The translations under genes were made by a program, and so were the position numbers. DNA of 63,000 nucleotides, filler included, from Ministeria vibrans ATCC 50519 (lineage: Eukaryota; Protista; Filasterea): assembly GCA_943704425.1 (NCBI GenBank). It is 4 parts of 4 records of this genome, joined end to end, with 100 filler letters (N's around TTAATTAATTAA, not from the genome) between each part and the next. Parts side by side here need not be neighbours in the genome. Positions count along the whole stretch, not along the records: positions 1 to 5,614 come from CALSCP010002030.1; positions 5,715 to 26,272 come from CALSCP010000837.1; 2 more parts are not named here. One strand, written 5' to 3'. Positions 1 to 11,426 of the stretch are shown piece by piece; within the stretch, counting starts at the first letter, position 1, and each line of letters starts with the position of its first letter. Under the pieces are notes generated by a model, which searched no databases, was not told the origin of the DNA, and was given only the letters and a program-made list of their open reading frames with translations.

Positions 1-143
<143 letters not shown>

Positions 144-673
144 ATTAAGACGTCATGTAATATTATTGGTGCCGATATTTTTATTTTTGAAACGTTTTCC
201 AATTGCAGAAAAAGGAGAAAGAAACGGGACTGAAGGCGAAACTGTTTGGCCGGAAGAAGAAGCAGGAAACAACTGTGGCCGATGACGATGAAAATATGAT
301 TCGTTCGCTCGCTCAATCGGTACTAAAATTTAAGACAAGACGACTGATAGTGTGAATAAATGTTCCCGACTTGTTCTCTGTTGCTATGTAGCTCGTTCGC
401 AGTCCCACTATTTCCCGACTGCGCAGTCGTCAGAATCGTGTCAAGTCTGCTGCTGTGCGGTCGTCGTTTGCGCCCGTCGACGACACTGCCGTGTAATAAT
501 TATCATAAGGAACCCATTTTTTCTCATTTTATTATACAACAAAATAATACAAAAGATATACATTCAGAAATCTATTGTGCTGCTTTTTGTTTTGTATAAT
601 GATTGTCTTGTTTTGAAATTGAGTCTTATATTAATTTGAAAAATTGAAATAATTGTTATTATTTTTTTATTAT

Positions 674-3600
674 ATGTCAGCGGCCACCTGGCTGGGCGAC
701 CTTGATGGCAGTCCGTTAGAGCTCGAAATTGTGCGTGCGGTGTTCGGTGAGGCGGACAGAGAGACGCGACGCCCAACGGAGCATCGCGCGTCGCTGCCGG
801 CGCTGCTTGCCGCGTATGACCGTGTCCTGGCGCACCGTGGACTCTGTTCGGTTGATGACACGCGCGTCTACGCCTTGGTGTTGGCCGCAGTGCGTCTTAT
901 TGACGATCAGCAGAATGTTTTGGAATCGTCCGCTGTTGTTTCCGCTCCTCCTGCCATTGCAAGGCCGCCTCGATCGCCGTCCCCGCCGCACATAGCAACG
1001 CCCATGCCTTCATCGCCCACGACACCCGCTCGCGACGCGGCGGAGGCGCCCTGGACGCCGCGAACGCCGCGAACTCCAAAGTCGCCTGCGTTTGATCCAG
1101 CATCGCTCCACACAGCGCCTGTCCTCAACCTGCACGACCTCGACACGCCCGTCACTCACCAGCGACGACGACGACACGTTGAGTGGCGCGCGACGTCGGT
1201 GCGAGGTCAATTGTTTGCCGACGAAGAAGAAGAAGAAGAGAAGGACGACGACACAGTCGCCGTTGCTTCTTCCTCTTCTTCGTCCTCGTCCTCCTCCTTC
1301 TTTGAGGAGCCTGGCGCGACCGCTCGTGCTCGCACGGCCATGCTCTCGCACTCCTTTCACCTGTGGCTTGCTCGCGTGCGGCGCGACGGAGAGGCTGTGC
1401 GTCTGCTCGCTTTGACCCACAGTCTTCGACAGTGGCGCACACACACTGCGCGTGTGCGTCTCGAACGACACATGTTTCAACGCATGTACCTTAGACGTCT
1501 AGTGGAGAGCACCTTTCTACAGTGGTCTGCTCGTTTGCTTGAGTTGCGACGGCGTCGTCTGCGTGACGTGTTTGTCAAGTGGCGTGCGCTGACACGCGAG
1601 ACACGCTGGCGACAACAAGCGAGTGTGGCCGTGCACCAGCGCCGCCACCATCGCATTGCCGCGCGTGTTGCTGTCCGGTGGTTCTCCTGTGTTGTACGTG
1701 CACGCGCCCATGCGGAAGAGGCACTGCAATTTCGTCGTGCGACTCTGTGGCGTCGATGGCGTGCTCGCATGCAACACTCACACAGAGCTTTGGAAACATT
1801 CACCGCGCATCACAGCCACCTTGTGCTGGCGCAGTGCCTCCGTCTGTGGCACCAATTGTATTTTGCTCGTGTGCATTATCGCACAACTGTCTTGCGCGAG
1901 GCTTGGACCGTCTGGAGCTTCTCCTTTGCACTGCGCACTCGCGTTCGCGACCTTTCTGCGCGTGCGACTGCTTTCGATTCCGCTCGTATGCTCACGCGCG
2001 TACTTACTCACTGGCGCACACTACATCTCCTTCGCACCATCAAACGGCGGTCTCTCGCACGCGCCTTTCAGCACTGGCGCACTGTGACCGCCCGTCAAGA
2101 GGCGCATCTCAGTGCCATCGCCGCGCACAGTCGTCTCTCGTTGGCACTGGCTCAGTGGCGTCGCACTCTGTCGCACACTCTGCGTCTCGCACAACAAGCT
2201 CAAGTGCACGTGCAACATCGTCTTGTTGCACACAGTTGGTCCGTGTGGCGTTTGCGCTGTGACGATCGGAATGAGAGTGTCGAATCGGCGGAGCGTCACT
2301 GGAGACATTTGCGTTTGGTGAGACTGTGGAGACACTGGCGCGACCTGACGCGCATTCAGCAGCACACACTAGCAACGCGTCGCAATCTGGCGCGTCGTGT
2401 ACTTCACCAGTGGTCTGAAAGCGCACAAAGCGCGCGGGGAGTGCGTCGTGCCGTCCAGTCCAAGCACTTTCATGCGTGGCTTGTGCTCGTGCAGACACGA
2501 CGGGCCGTACGCGAGCGTGGGTTTGTGTTGGTGCTGCAACGTGAACAACGACTTGTCGCGCATGCCATGGCAAAATGGCGAGAGCGCTATGTGGCGGTGT
2601 GCGAACAGCGTGTGTGTGTAGACCAAGTGGAGCGAGCGAGTGCCCAGGCGCGACTGCAGCGAACCTTTCGCGACTGGCGTCTCTTAGCGGCACTGCGTCG
2701 CTCGCAGACGGTTGTTCGGCGCGGCACACTCCAGCGTGTGTTTGCCCAGTGGCGACGGAGCGCTCAACATCGACATACACTAGCACTGTGGGAGGGTGCT
2801 TCGCAGTACGAGCGACTAGTGGCTGCGTTTGAGCGATGGCACTCGCGCTGGTCGTTGCAACAGCGTGCGCGACGTCTTTGTGAGCAGTCGGCAACTGTCC
2901 TTGTACGGGGGAGTGCGTTTTGGCACTGGCGTGTGTTTGTGCAGAAGCAGCAGCAGAGTCGACAGCGAGAGCACTTAGCTGATGTGGCTCACCTACGTCT
3001 GTGGTTTGTGCGGTGGAGGAGAGAGCGCGAGCGGTCGCAGTGTGGGCGACAAGTGGCACATGAGCGCAGTGTCCGTCTCATGCGTCAGACGTTTGTACGG
3101 TGGCGCGCGGACGTGACCCTCTCGGATGCACACGCACATCTTCTGTCGCTGTTTACCGGCAGTTCGCATCTGTTGACTCTGATGCGTGTCTGGCGGCAGT
3201 GGAGCGAGGCGGTGAGAGTTGAGTGTGCGCGACGCGATGAGCTTGTGCGTGTGAGCTTTTGTGTGTGGCGGGATACAGTGCGTGCTGTGACGCTGAGGCG
3301 GTTTCATTTGCGTGTGTGGCAGACGGAGTGCGCACGAAAGTCACTTGCTCACGTGCTTATGCGATGGCGAGCGTTGTATTGTGCTCGTGCTGGGTTGAAA
3401 CGACACACAATGGCCTTGGCGTTTCACGCGTGGCGCGCACACACGAGCGAGATGGAACAAGTGCGCTCTCAGACGATTCAGATGCGACTCGTGGCGAGCT
3501 CTGCTGCGACAGTGGTGGAGTGTGCACGTGAGGTGGTGTTGCACTGGCGGCAACGGAGTGTGTCAATGGCATTTTGTCAGTGGAAATGGATTGTGGAGGA

Positions 3601-5431
3601 GAGTCGGTCGCGACAGAGTGCGTTTGTGCGTGCTGAGCGAGCACACGAGCACACTCTTGTGGGCAGAGCACTTGCTGTATGGCGAGAGGCGCTTGCTCGA
3701 AAACACGACGAGCTTGCGGTGGTAGAGCGAGTGAACCGCAAGCGACTGTGGCGTGTGTGGCGTGTGTGGTTGAACGGGGCTGGTTGGAAGAGGAGTGTGC
3801 GATTGGCGTCGGTGTCGCAAACAGTGTGGCTGCGCGACGCACAGGGCTCTCCTTCAGCCGTGGTGCGTCGCGCTGCTGTTGCCGCAGAGCAACAAACGGC
3901 GAACGATACACTGCGTCTGTTGCATTTGTGGCGCGAGTATGCACAGGTGCGCCGTGAGAAGCGTGTGCGTGTGCACAAAGCAGGCGTGTTGCGTCTTCGC
4001 CTTGTCTTTGTGCGCTGGCAAGGCCACGTTGCCGCACGCCGAGCACTTGAGGCGAGTGTCAACAACGCACGTGGGTCTCTTGACGCGTCACGGCTGTCAC
4101 GTGTTTTTGGTGTGTGGGTGCGAGAGTGTCGTGAGCGTCAAGCTACTCGTCGGTTCGTCGCACAGCGCAATGTACGTGTGACTGCCGCTCTGTTTCACGA
4201 ATGGCGTGTGGCTCTGGGGCGCACACTTGCCTTTCGCGATGCGCTGGCACACTACACGGAGAAAGTGACGCGAGTGTGTCTTGCGCGACACTTTGAAATG
4301 TGGACGAGAGCACAGCGAGTGCTGCACGAGCGACGTGCACGCGAGACACTTGCGTCTGCGTTTGTCTTTCAGCAGAATGTCCCTTCTCTCTTTGCTGTGT
4401 GGCGTGAGGCATGGTGCGAGTCGTGTCGACGGCGGTGCGTGGAGGGGCAAGTGCGGGCACTGGTGCAACGGGCGCTGATGCGACGCATGATGCTGCACTG
4501 GCAGTTGACACTTGCACGCGAGCGAGCACGACAGGCGGTGGCAGGGGAGCATAACTGGAAGCGGAGTGTTCGCCATGCGTTGCATATGTGGCGTTCACAG
4601 GCTGAGATGCGTGCGTGTGTGCGTACTTGTGCGCGGCAGTGGCGCTGGGAGGTGAGCGTGCGTCGTGTGACGCGCGTGAGGGCACACGCGATATTGTGTG
4701 CCAGTTTCCGTGTGTGGCGTGCAGCGTATGGCGCAGCGCAGAGCGAGTGGGAGCACGATGGCACACGGGTGGCGCTTATCCAGAGTGCATGGGTGTTACA
4801 TCGCTGGCGCAGTGCGTTTCAGGCTAAAGTACGTGCGCGACACGAGCGTGCACTGAGTGTGGCGGTGTTTGAGCGAGTACGACAGATTCGTCTGCTCCGA
4901 CGAGTGGTGATGGCGTGGCATGAGCGCAGTGCACTGCAAAAGTCTCTTGCCCATCGAGGCCATCTTGTCGTGGTTGCGCGTGCTGTTGCCATTGAACTGT
5001 CGCTGTTTCGTCTGTGGCGTTGCCGTCTGGCGGAGGTGCGTGTGGCGCGGTTCCAGCGTGCACAGCGACAGCGACTTTTGGCAAGTACAGTGGCGCAGTG
5101 GCAGCATCAGCTGCAGCGTGTGCGGACACTGACCGAGCGCAGTGACGCCGTGTGGGCAGCCAATGCGCGCTGGCGTCTTGTGAGTGCCTTTTGCGTGTGG
5201 CTCGACAACACAGCTGCGCGACGGTACACGCGAGCCGAGGCGCTCCGCAACGAGTCAGAGCGTCGTGTGCTTCAGCGTCGTCTTGTGCGACACTGGCACG
5301 CGTGGGCTCGTGCACGCGTGGCCCGGCGCACTCGCACACACTATGCTAATGGGGTGTATCTGCTGACACTGCAACGCCGCGCACTCTCTGTCTGGCGCAC
5401 AGCACTTGAGCTTAAAGTGAACGCCGACTAA
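674..5431 (+). CDS. Sfi1-like centrin-binding repeat protein, single exon, about 1585 aa
   Basis: ATG at 674 lies in the 653..5431 ORF. After a Pro/Ser-rich N-terminus come dozens of regularly spaced L-x3-(F/L)-x2-W-(R/K) motifs (e.g. LRDVFVKWR, LARAFQHWR, LQRVFAQWR), the Sfi1 repeat signature. Confidence 0.8.
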   Translation: MSAATWLGDLDGSPLELEIVRAVFGEADRETRRPTEHRASLPALLAAYDRVLAHRGLCSVDDTRVYALVLAAVRLIDDQQNVLESSAVVSAPPAIARPPRSPSPPHIATPMPSSPTTPARDAAEAPWTPRTPRTPKSPAFDPASLHTAPVLNLHDLDTPVTHQRRRRHVEWRATSVRGQLFADEEEEEEKDDDTVAVASSSSSSSSSSFFEEPGATARARTAMLSHSFHLWLARVRRDGEAVRLLALTHSLRQWRTHTARVRLERHMFQRMYLRRLVESTFLQWSARLLELRRRRLRDVFVKWRALTRETRWRQQASVAVHQRRHHRIAARVAVRWFSCVVRARAHAEEALQFRRATLWRRWRARMQHSHRALETFTAHHSHLVLAQCLRLWHQLYFARVHYRTTVLREAWTVWSFSFALRTRVRDLSARATAFDSARMLTRVLTHWRTLHLLRTIKRRSLARAFQHWRTVTARQEAHLSAIAAHSRLSLALAQWRRTLSHTLRLAQQAQVHVQHRLVAHSWSVWRLRCDDRNESVESAERHWRHLRLVRLWRHWRDLTRIQQHTLATRRNLARRVLHQWSESAQSARGVRRAVQSKHFHAWLVLVQTRRAVRERGFVLVLQREQRLVAHAMAKWRERYVAVCEQRVCVDQVERASAQARLQRTFRDWRLLAALRRSQTVVRRGTLQRVFAQWRRSAQHRHTLALWEGASQYERLVAAFERWHSRWSLQQRARRLCEQSATVLVRGSAFWHWRVFVQKQQQSRQREHLADVAHLRLWFVRWRRERERSQCGRQVAHERSVRLMRQTFVRWRADVTLSDAHAHLLSLFTGSSHLLTLMRVWRQWSEAVRVECARRDELVRVSFCVWRDTVRAVTLRRFHLRVWQTECARKSLAHVLMRWRALYCARAGLKRHTMALAFHAWRAHTSEMEQVRSQTIQMRLVASSAATVVECAREVVLHWRQRSVSMAFCQWKWIVEESRSRQSAFVRAERAHEHTLVGRALAVWREALARKHDELAVVERVNRKRLWRVWRVWLNGAGWKRSVRLASVSQTVWLRDAQGSPSAVVRRAAVAAEQQTANDTLRLLHLWREYAQVRREKRVRVHKAGVLRLRLVFVRWQGHVAARRALEASVNNARGSLDASRLSRVFGVWVRECRERQATRRFVAQRNVRVTAALFHEWRVALGRTLAFRDALAHYTEKVTRVCLARHFEMWTRAQRVLHERRARETLASAFVFQQNVPSLFAVWREAWCESCRRRCVEGQVRALVQRALMRRMMLHWQLTLARERARQAVAGEHNWKRSVRHALHMWRSQAEMRACVRTCARQWRWEVSVRRVTRVRAHAILCASFRVWRAAYGAAQSEWEHDGTRVALIQSAWVLHRWRSAFQAKVRARHERALSVAVFERVRQIRLLRRVVMAWHERSALQKSLAHRGHLVVVARAVAIELSLFRLWRCRLAEVRVARFQRAQRQRLLASTVAQWQHQLQRVRTLTERSDAVWAANARWRLVSAFCVWLDNTAARRYTRAEALRNESERRVLQRRLVRHWHAWARARVARRTRTHYANGVYLLTLQRRALSVWRTALELKVNAD

Positions 5432-5519
5432 TTGTATTTAGTTTTATATTATACTTTTTGTAATAGTACATTCATTTTCGAGCAAGAGTTGAGAGAGCTC
5501 AACAGACATAACTCAACAG

Positions 5520-5525
<6 letters not shown>

Positions 5526-5614
<89 letters not shown>

Positions 5615-5786
5615 NNNNNNNNNNNNNNNNNNNNNNNNNNNNNNNNNNNNNNNNNNNNTTAATTAATTAANNNNNNNNNNNNNNNNNNNNNNNNNNNNNN
5701 NNNNNNNNNNNNNNAGAGAGAGGAGGGAGAAAGAAATAAAGAGATGAGGAGAAGGGAGAGAGACAAAGTAACAGAAAACAAAGTGA

Positions 5787-5846
<60 letters not shown>
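5526..5846. other. (GA)n tracts flanking an assembly linker (N-TTAATTAATTAA-N)
   Basis: GA repeats on both sides of N runs that enclose TTAATTAATTAA at 5659-5670. Confidence 0.9.
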
Positions 5847-5849
<3 letters not shown>

Positions 5850-6301
5850 ATCGCGAATGCTGTCAGCAAGTAGACGTCTGTGCATGACCATCAGAGACAG
5901 AGAGGGGCGTGTTTGATGGGAATTTGTGGTGCACACATTCTCGTTTCGTTTTGGGAATGTTCGCTTGCAGTACCGGCATCGTAGCCAACGGCAGGATAGA
6001 CACTGACTAGCACTGGTGACTGTGATAGGTGTGGTGGTGAAGGGGGGGCGGCAGGGTCCACTCCAAGAAGGTGTCGTGATTCGATGGAGACAGTGAGTGG
6101 TGACACTGATTGATGAATCGATGTGGATGTGTCGCGAAATGATTCGCGCACCACTATAAGTACGACCGACAAGATGAGACCATGGAAGATCCAGTGGGGC
6201 ATGATAAGCAAAGAAAAAAAGAGTACAGTATTTTGTTTATAATTATTTGAAATTAATAATAATTATTATGAATAATTATTATTTAACGAATCATGATTAT
6301 T

Positions 6302-8246
6302 TTACTTCATGTGTTCCAGTAGCTCTCCGTCCACAATCGCCTGTTGCATGTGCTCGTTGCAAAGAAACACAGTTTTCCCGTTCTGCAAACGGCATCGATT
6401 GAGCCCCCACTGTCGGCCCGTCTTGTCTGCATTCTTGAGATCGTTCATCAATTCGTCGAACCCGATATCGGTGGTAGTTGTCGCAGCGTAAGACTCGCTC
6501 CGCGAGACGTTCACTTTCGTCGCACCAGATGCTTCCATTGCCTCAACCGTGTCCATCAGTACTAAAATAGAAGAGACAAGAAATTAACACGGATGCGAAC
6601 GGCCAATTGCAACAGTAGACGCTGGGCATGCACCCACTCACCTGATCCGTCGGCGAGGAGAGTGGACACGCGCTCCATAGCGCTGTTGAAGGTAGCGGCG
6701 GCACCCGGGTTGCCCGTCGTGGCTGTCAGCACTGCGCCCACAACGGGCCTGACACACTTGAGGACGGGCCGGAGACGCCGCATGACCCCGCGCAGCATGT
6801 GCGTGGAGAAGTGCAGAATGTACTCGCGCACGCAATGAGCGCCCTTGCAGTACTCGCAGCACACATGCAGACAGTAGCTGTCCGCGATGCGACCCATGAC
6901 ACACTTCTCGACACAATTGGCGGGCTCCACCCGCTCCGCCCCTTTGCACGTACCCGTGCATTGCGTTGCCGTGAGGAATAGAACGCGCGGCACTCGAGAC
7001 GGACCACACATCAGCACATTGAACATCGCCAGCGATTGTTCCTGCAGCCCTGCGATCATGCTCGTGAGCTTTTCTGTTTTGGCGGCGTCCTCGGCGCTGC
7101 GAGTCTTTCCTTGCGCCGCCATGCTGTTCTGGAATTGCGCGATTGACTCCTCCAGTTGGTCGTGCTGACTGAGCATCTGGTTCAGTAGGTCGGCCATCTG
7201 CTGCTCGTGTGCTTCCAGCTGAACATTCATTTTCTCGCAAAGTGCGGACATCTGTTGGTGGTGCCGGTCTTGTTGCGCCGCCATCTGTTGGTGGTGCCGG
7301 TCTTGTTGCGCCGCCATCTCGGCTTGTTGAGCCAGCAATTGCTCTGTCAGCTTCCTCATCTCGCCATGGTGCTTTTCCAATGCAGCGGCGCTCGTGTCGT
7401 GTTTCATCGACATTTCGCGCATTTGCCTGGTTAAATCGCATTTAAAGCTGTAAAAATCAAACGAATCACCCCCTCCTTGAAACTCCGAGTAAGGTCTCGA
7501 AATCTCATCGACATCTCTCGACGAGGCAAGAGAAGAATCGGGCGATCTCAAGGGCTCGTCAGACTCAAGCACAGGTGCTTCGCGAGGCAGACGCAGTCGC
7601 TTCTGAGCATAACTCGGCTCTTCACAATCACTCGTCGGAGAGGCGGGTCGCACGCGGCGCAGGTGCTCTTTCCGCGTGCCGCTAAAAGGTCAATTAGGTT
7701 CAAGTTCGTTTTAAGGGGTTTGCACTTGTTCTTTTTAGCTTACCTATTCAGCGGTGGCAGCGTCAACACGCCCTGTTTCACGTGTTTTGTTGACGTCGAC
7801 GTCAACCCAGTCGAAGGCGCTCTATCGGACAACGAAGGAATATTCCTGAATAAAAAATGAAAAAAAGAAAAAAAAAGAAAAAAAGAAGAAGAAACTGCTT
7901 GAGAAGGCCTATGGGGCGCCTTGTCTCCTCTCACTGCTCTTTAGCATTCTCTTACTGCAAAGGAGCGTCGCAGTCCATGTCGTGCTCTTCATCGTCTCTT
8001 CTCTCATCCCGTTTGGTGAATTTCACTGCTGGAAGTGTCGTAGAGCCGACTTTCTTCGCTCCAACCTACACGGTGCCAAGAGCAGTGCATAAGAGATGGT
8101 ACCGACGCGCAAACGAATGAATGGGAGACTCAAAACGTTCATAAGTTCAACTTTTTTTTTTGGGAACATACTGACAAACCAGAGCTACCGCTCCAGGGAG
8201 AAGGATCATCGCGGCGGCTAATGTATGGTTCATCTTCATCGTTCAT
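6302..8246 (-). CDS. Coiled-coil protein carrying only the TORNADO1/Roco-type C-terminal domain (5 exons)
   Basis: A frame-consistent GT-AG model runs from ATG 8246 (MNDEDEP...) through exons at about 8076-7956, 7845-7743, 7682-6641 and 6561-6302. The C-terminal part (PRVLFLTA...YCLHVCCEY...HCVREY...WGLNRCRLQNGKTVFLCNEHM) aligns with the C-terminus of the Roco at 11427-14947. Confidence 0.7.
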
Positions 8247-8346
8247 TCTGAGAATGAGGCGGTCGAATGGCAAAAAAAAATTCTTTTTTGAAATTGATTG
8301 ACAAGACATTTTGACATGATTATATTTTTTATCATTAATAATTTGG

Positions 8347-11120
8347 TTACATTGAAAAGTCTTTGATGATATTCAGGACTGCCCCACCATTCTGCAGCGT
8401 CCCTGCCAGACCTGCCATGCGCTGGTACGTGAGAAACTCCTTGAGCATATTGGCCAAGTCGCGCAGACCGCCAGGCGGCAACTCATTTGCGACACGTTGA
8501 CGATTGTAGGCGTTGCCGCTAACGAGACAACCGAGTAGCAATGCGACATAGGCAGCGAGAACCGAGCGCTCCGTCTCGCCCAGCCGAGGAAACCACGGGG
8601 CAAAAACACGCGCCCCTTGCAGGCGCAGCTGCTCGACGGCCGCACGTCGCTCCTCTGTCTGCTGGTGGTCCGGGTCGTTGTCGGACGTGGTGTGGGCGTC
8701 GGTGGCAGACGCATACGCAAACAAACGCGCCAGCAGCTCAATGGCACCCAGCTTGACCCTGCGCGTCTCACCATTGCCATTGGCGTTGTCGTTGATGTCG
8801 TCGTCCACGCGCTCCTCCACAGCCACCGGCATGTCTAGGATGCTGTCACGAATCTCGAGACTCTGCTCCGACAGATTCACAAGCAGCCCAATGCCAAGCA
8901 CACATGCGTCGTAGCGATGAAGCTCTGGCAGCAGCGGAGGCAGTACAAAGGGCACTCCAATGGCCATGGTAAGACCACAAGGCGTTGCGCGCAGCGACTC
9001 ACAGCCCACGACAGAGTTGTTGCTGAGGTTTACAAGGACTCGCGTGCAGGCGGCAGCCGTATGAAAGAGCATCTCGGACAGACAGAGGGCGTCGGTGCGT
9101 CGCAGGGCTCGCTCGCACATTTGCAGGCCGCGTACACACAGTTGCATACAACACGTCCGCTCGCTGTTTTCCTCCTTCTCCGCCTTCTCCTTCTTCTCCT
9201 TGGCCTCCAGTTCCTCTTCGTCGTCGTCGAGCGACAGCGGCTGCGTCTGACTGTCAACCACCAAATGGGCCTTGTTCGCGGCCGACATAAACGTGACACT
9301 CTCAAGCACGAGTAGACTAGTGACCATACGGTCCAAGCGACGCCGGAATACAGCCACTTCAGTCGCAGTCGGTGCACGGTCGTCCGGACGCGCCCCATCC
9401 TCCAGCATCTCTCCCAGCGCATCAATGGTCGCCGTGAGCACTGCGACCACCGAGTCCAGCAATCCAAACGAGCGCAACGAGTCCTTGACATGACTTTCAG
9501 GCGAAGCGTGAGTGGCCACCGCCGCTAGGGTGTCCAGTGCCAGCTGATGTGCGTCCAGGCGCTTCATCCACTCGGGAGCGTCAGGGTGCTCCTCTGCGTC
9601 CAAAGGCAGTACCGAATCGGCGACGGCAAGGCCCGGTTGCGACTGAGCGCGACGCACCAAGTCTACCAGCTGCGCCTGCATGGCCACGTGCTTGGCAGCA
9701 TTAGCCGTGCGACTAGCGCCTGGCAGGGAGTGCGACCGTCGCAGCACTGCCTGTGCCCCCCCCCGTGCTGCACTCGCGTCCGTGAGCAACGGTGCCAGCA
9801 CCACCAGAAACTGCTTGTCCACATCGCGGTTGTGTCGGTCGCGCGTAAGCAGGTACAGAATGGTCGCAACAATGAGCGACAAAGTTTCGTTCTTGTTGTG
9901 GTCTGCTAGGTCGCGACACACGTCAAACACTGTCCCAAACGCACGCATGTGACGACGGAAGTCGCCTGAGAGGCACTCGCGAGCAAACTGGAAGGAGCTA
10001 CGTGTAATACAAAAAGGGGATGTTTGAGACGCGAACAAAAGAGGACGTCGCTCTTGTTGTACCTTTGGATGCGAACGGGCAAGGGCTGTTGTGGGCGCAG
10101 TCCGTCCAGCATGTACTCTAGGTCGTCCATAAACTGTTGCTGGACACCCGCATCGCGCACTTCATGGGCGTCCTGGAAGACAAACGCATCGCCAGCAGCA
10201 GCCGTGTCGCCTCCAGAGTGCGTCGAGCCTTGCGAAGAGTCGTCGTTGAGCGTGGCGCGTCGCTGCTTCTTTTTAGGCGGCGACGACGATGAGGGAGTCG
10301 TGTCAACAAAGGGGTCCGTCTCGGTCTCGGTCGCGCCAAAGGCAAGGGCACGCTTCGCAGTGGGCGATCGTGATGGAGAACTGGCTGCGGACGACACCGG
10401 CCGTTTGGTTGGCGATGGCGAGCCGCTCAGCGAACGGCGTCCGGGCGTCAAGGGTTTCTTCCAGGGCGACGACGGCAAGGACGACGACGGCGCGTGTTCG
10501 ACAGGCGCGGGACGCGGAGCGGGCGTGTCTTTGGGTTGTTTCTTGAGTGGCGACCAGGAGACGACATAGTCGTCGTTGTCGTCGCCGTGATCGTCGTTGC
10601 TGTGACGCGCGCTTTGACTTGGCGCCTTTTTTTCAGTGTCTGCTCTGTCTTCGTCATCGCTGTGCATGGTTGACGGCGAGGCTTTCGCTGGAGATGCCTG
10701 TGTTGACGAGGTGGCGGACGGGACGGAGGGGCGCGATGGTGCTGCGGTGGTTGTCGAAGGAGCGACGGGGTTTGCAGCGCGTCGTGCCGCGTCAAAGGCG
10801 TCAAAGGCGCGATGCGACGGAGTGAAGACTGACGAGGCCGGCCAGGCGCTGTTGGTTGCAGCGGGGACGGTGGTGGTCGTGGCGGTGGTGGTGGGTGGCG
10901 GTGGGAAGGGAGAGAAGGGGGATTTGGTCGCTGGCGGGTCGGACAAGCGCACTGCGCTGTCTGAGTCAGACCTGGTTTGGGCGCAAGAGGAACAAAGTAA
11001 GGGGGAGGAGAGGGAGGAGGGAAAGACAAGTCGGTGGGTGAGTCGAGCAGGGGGAGATGGGTGGGGTTACGTCATGCTGGCGGTGCGTCTTTTGCCGTAG
11101 GTGATCTTGACGCGATGCAT
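8347..11120 (-). CDS. WAPL: Wings apart-like cohesin release factor
   Basis: Exon 1 MHRVKITYGKRR carries a YSR-like motif, followed by a disordered Ser/Pro region. The WAPL domain motifs are FMDDLEYMLDGL, FRRHMRAFG, LGIGLLVNLSE and AAYVALLLGCLV. Introns lie near 11070-10971 and 10062-9998. Confidence 0.85.
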
Positions 11121-11426
11121 ACTCAAAAATATTATAATGATTAATTCTATTCGATACACAGATTTATTCAACGCATTTTTAATTTTCAGTATCCGGAGTT
11201 CCTCGATCGTTGCACACCGTGGAAATCAAGAATTCAAGAAAGTGAAGAGACAAGAAGGTACGCAAAAAAATCCCCAGATGCCACAGAATTGTTCAATTCC
11301 AATGTGAATTGTTCAGAAAATGATCAATGGTAAAGTGTATATATGAATCAAAATGCTCTCTCTCTCTCTCACACACACACGCTCTCTCTCTATCTCTCTG
11401 TCTCTCACAACTCACAACTCACTCAC

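Noticed and set aside
5659-5670. TTAATTAATTAA palindrome between N runs (also at 26317-26328 and 54846-54857)
   Set aside because: Identical 12-mer with stops in all six frames, centred in N padding: an artificial contig-joining linker.
5891-6211. 106-aa minus-strand ORF with a hydrophobic N-terminus, and a possible in-frame UGA at 5891
   Set aside because: No recognisable homology, redox motif or SECIS, and it lies next to a contig edge; cannot support a gene or selenoprotein call.
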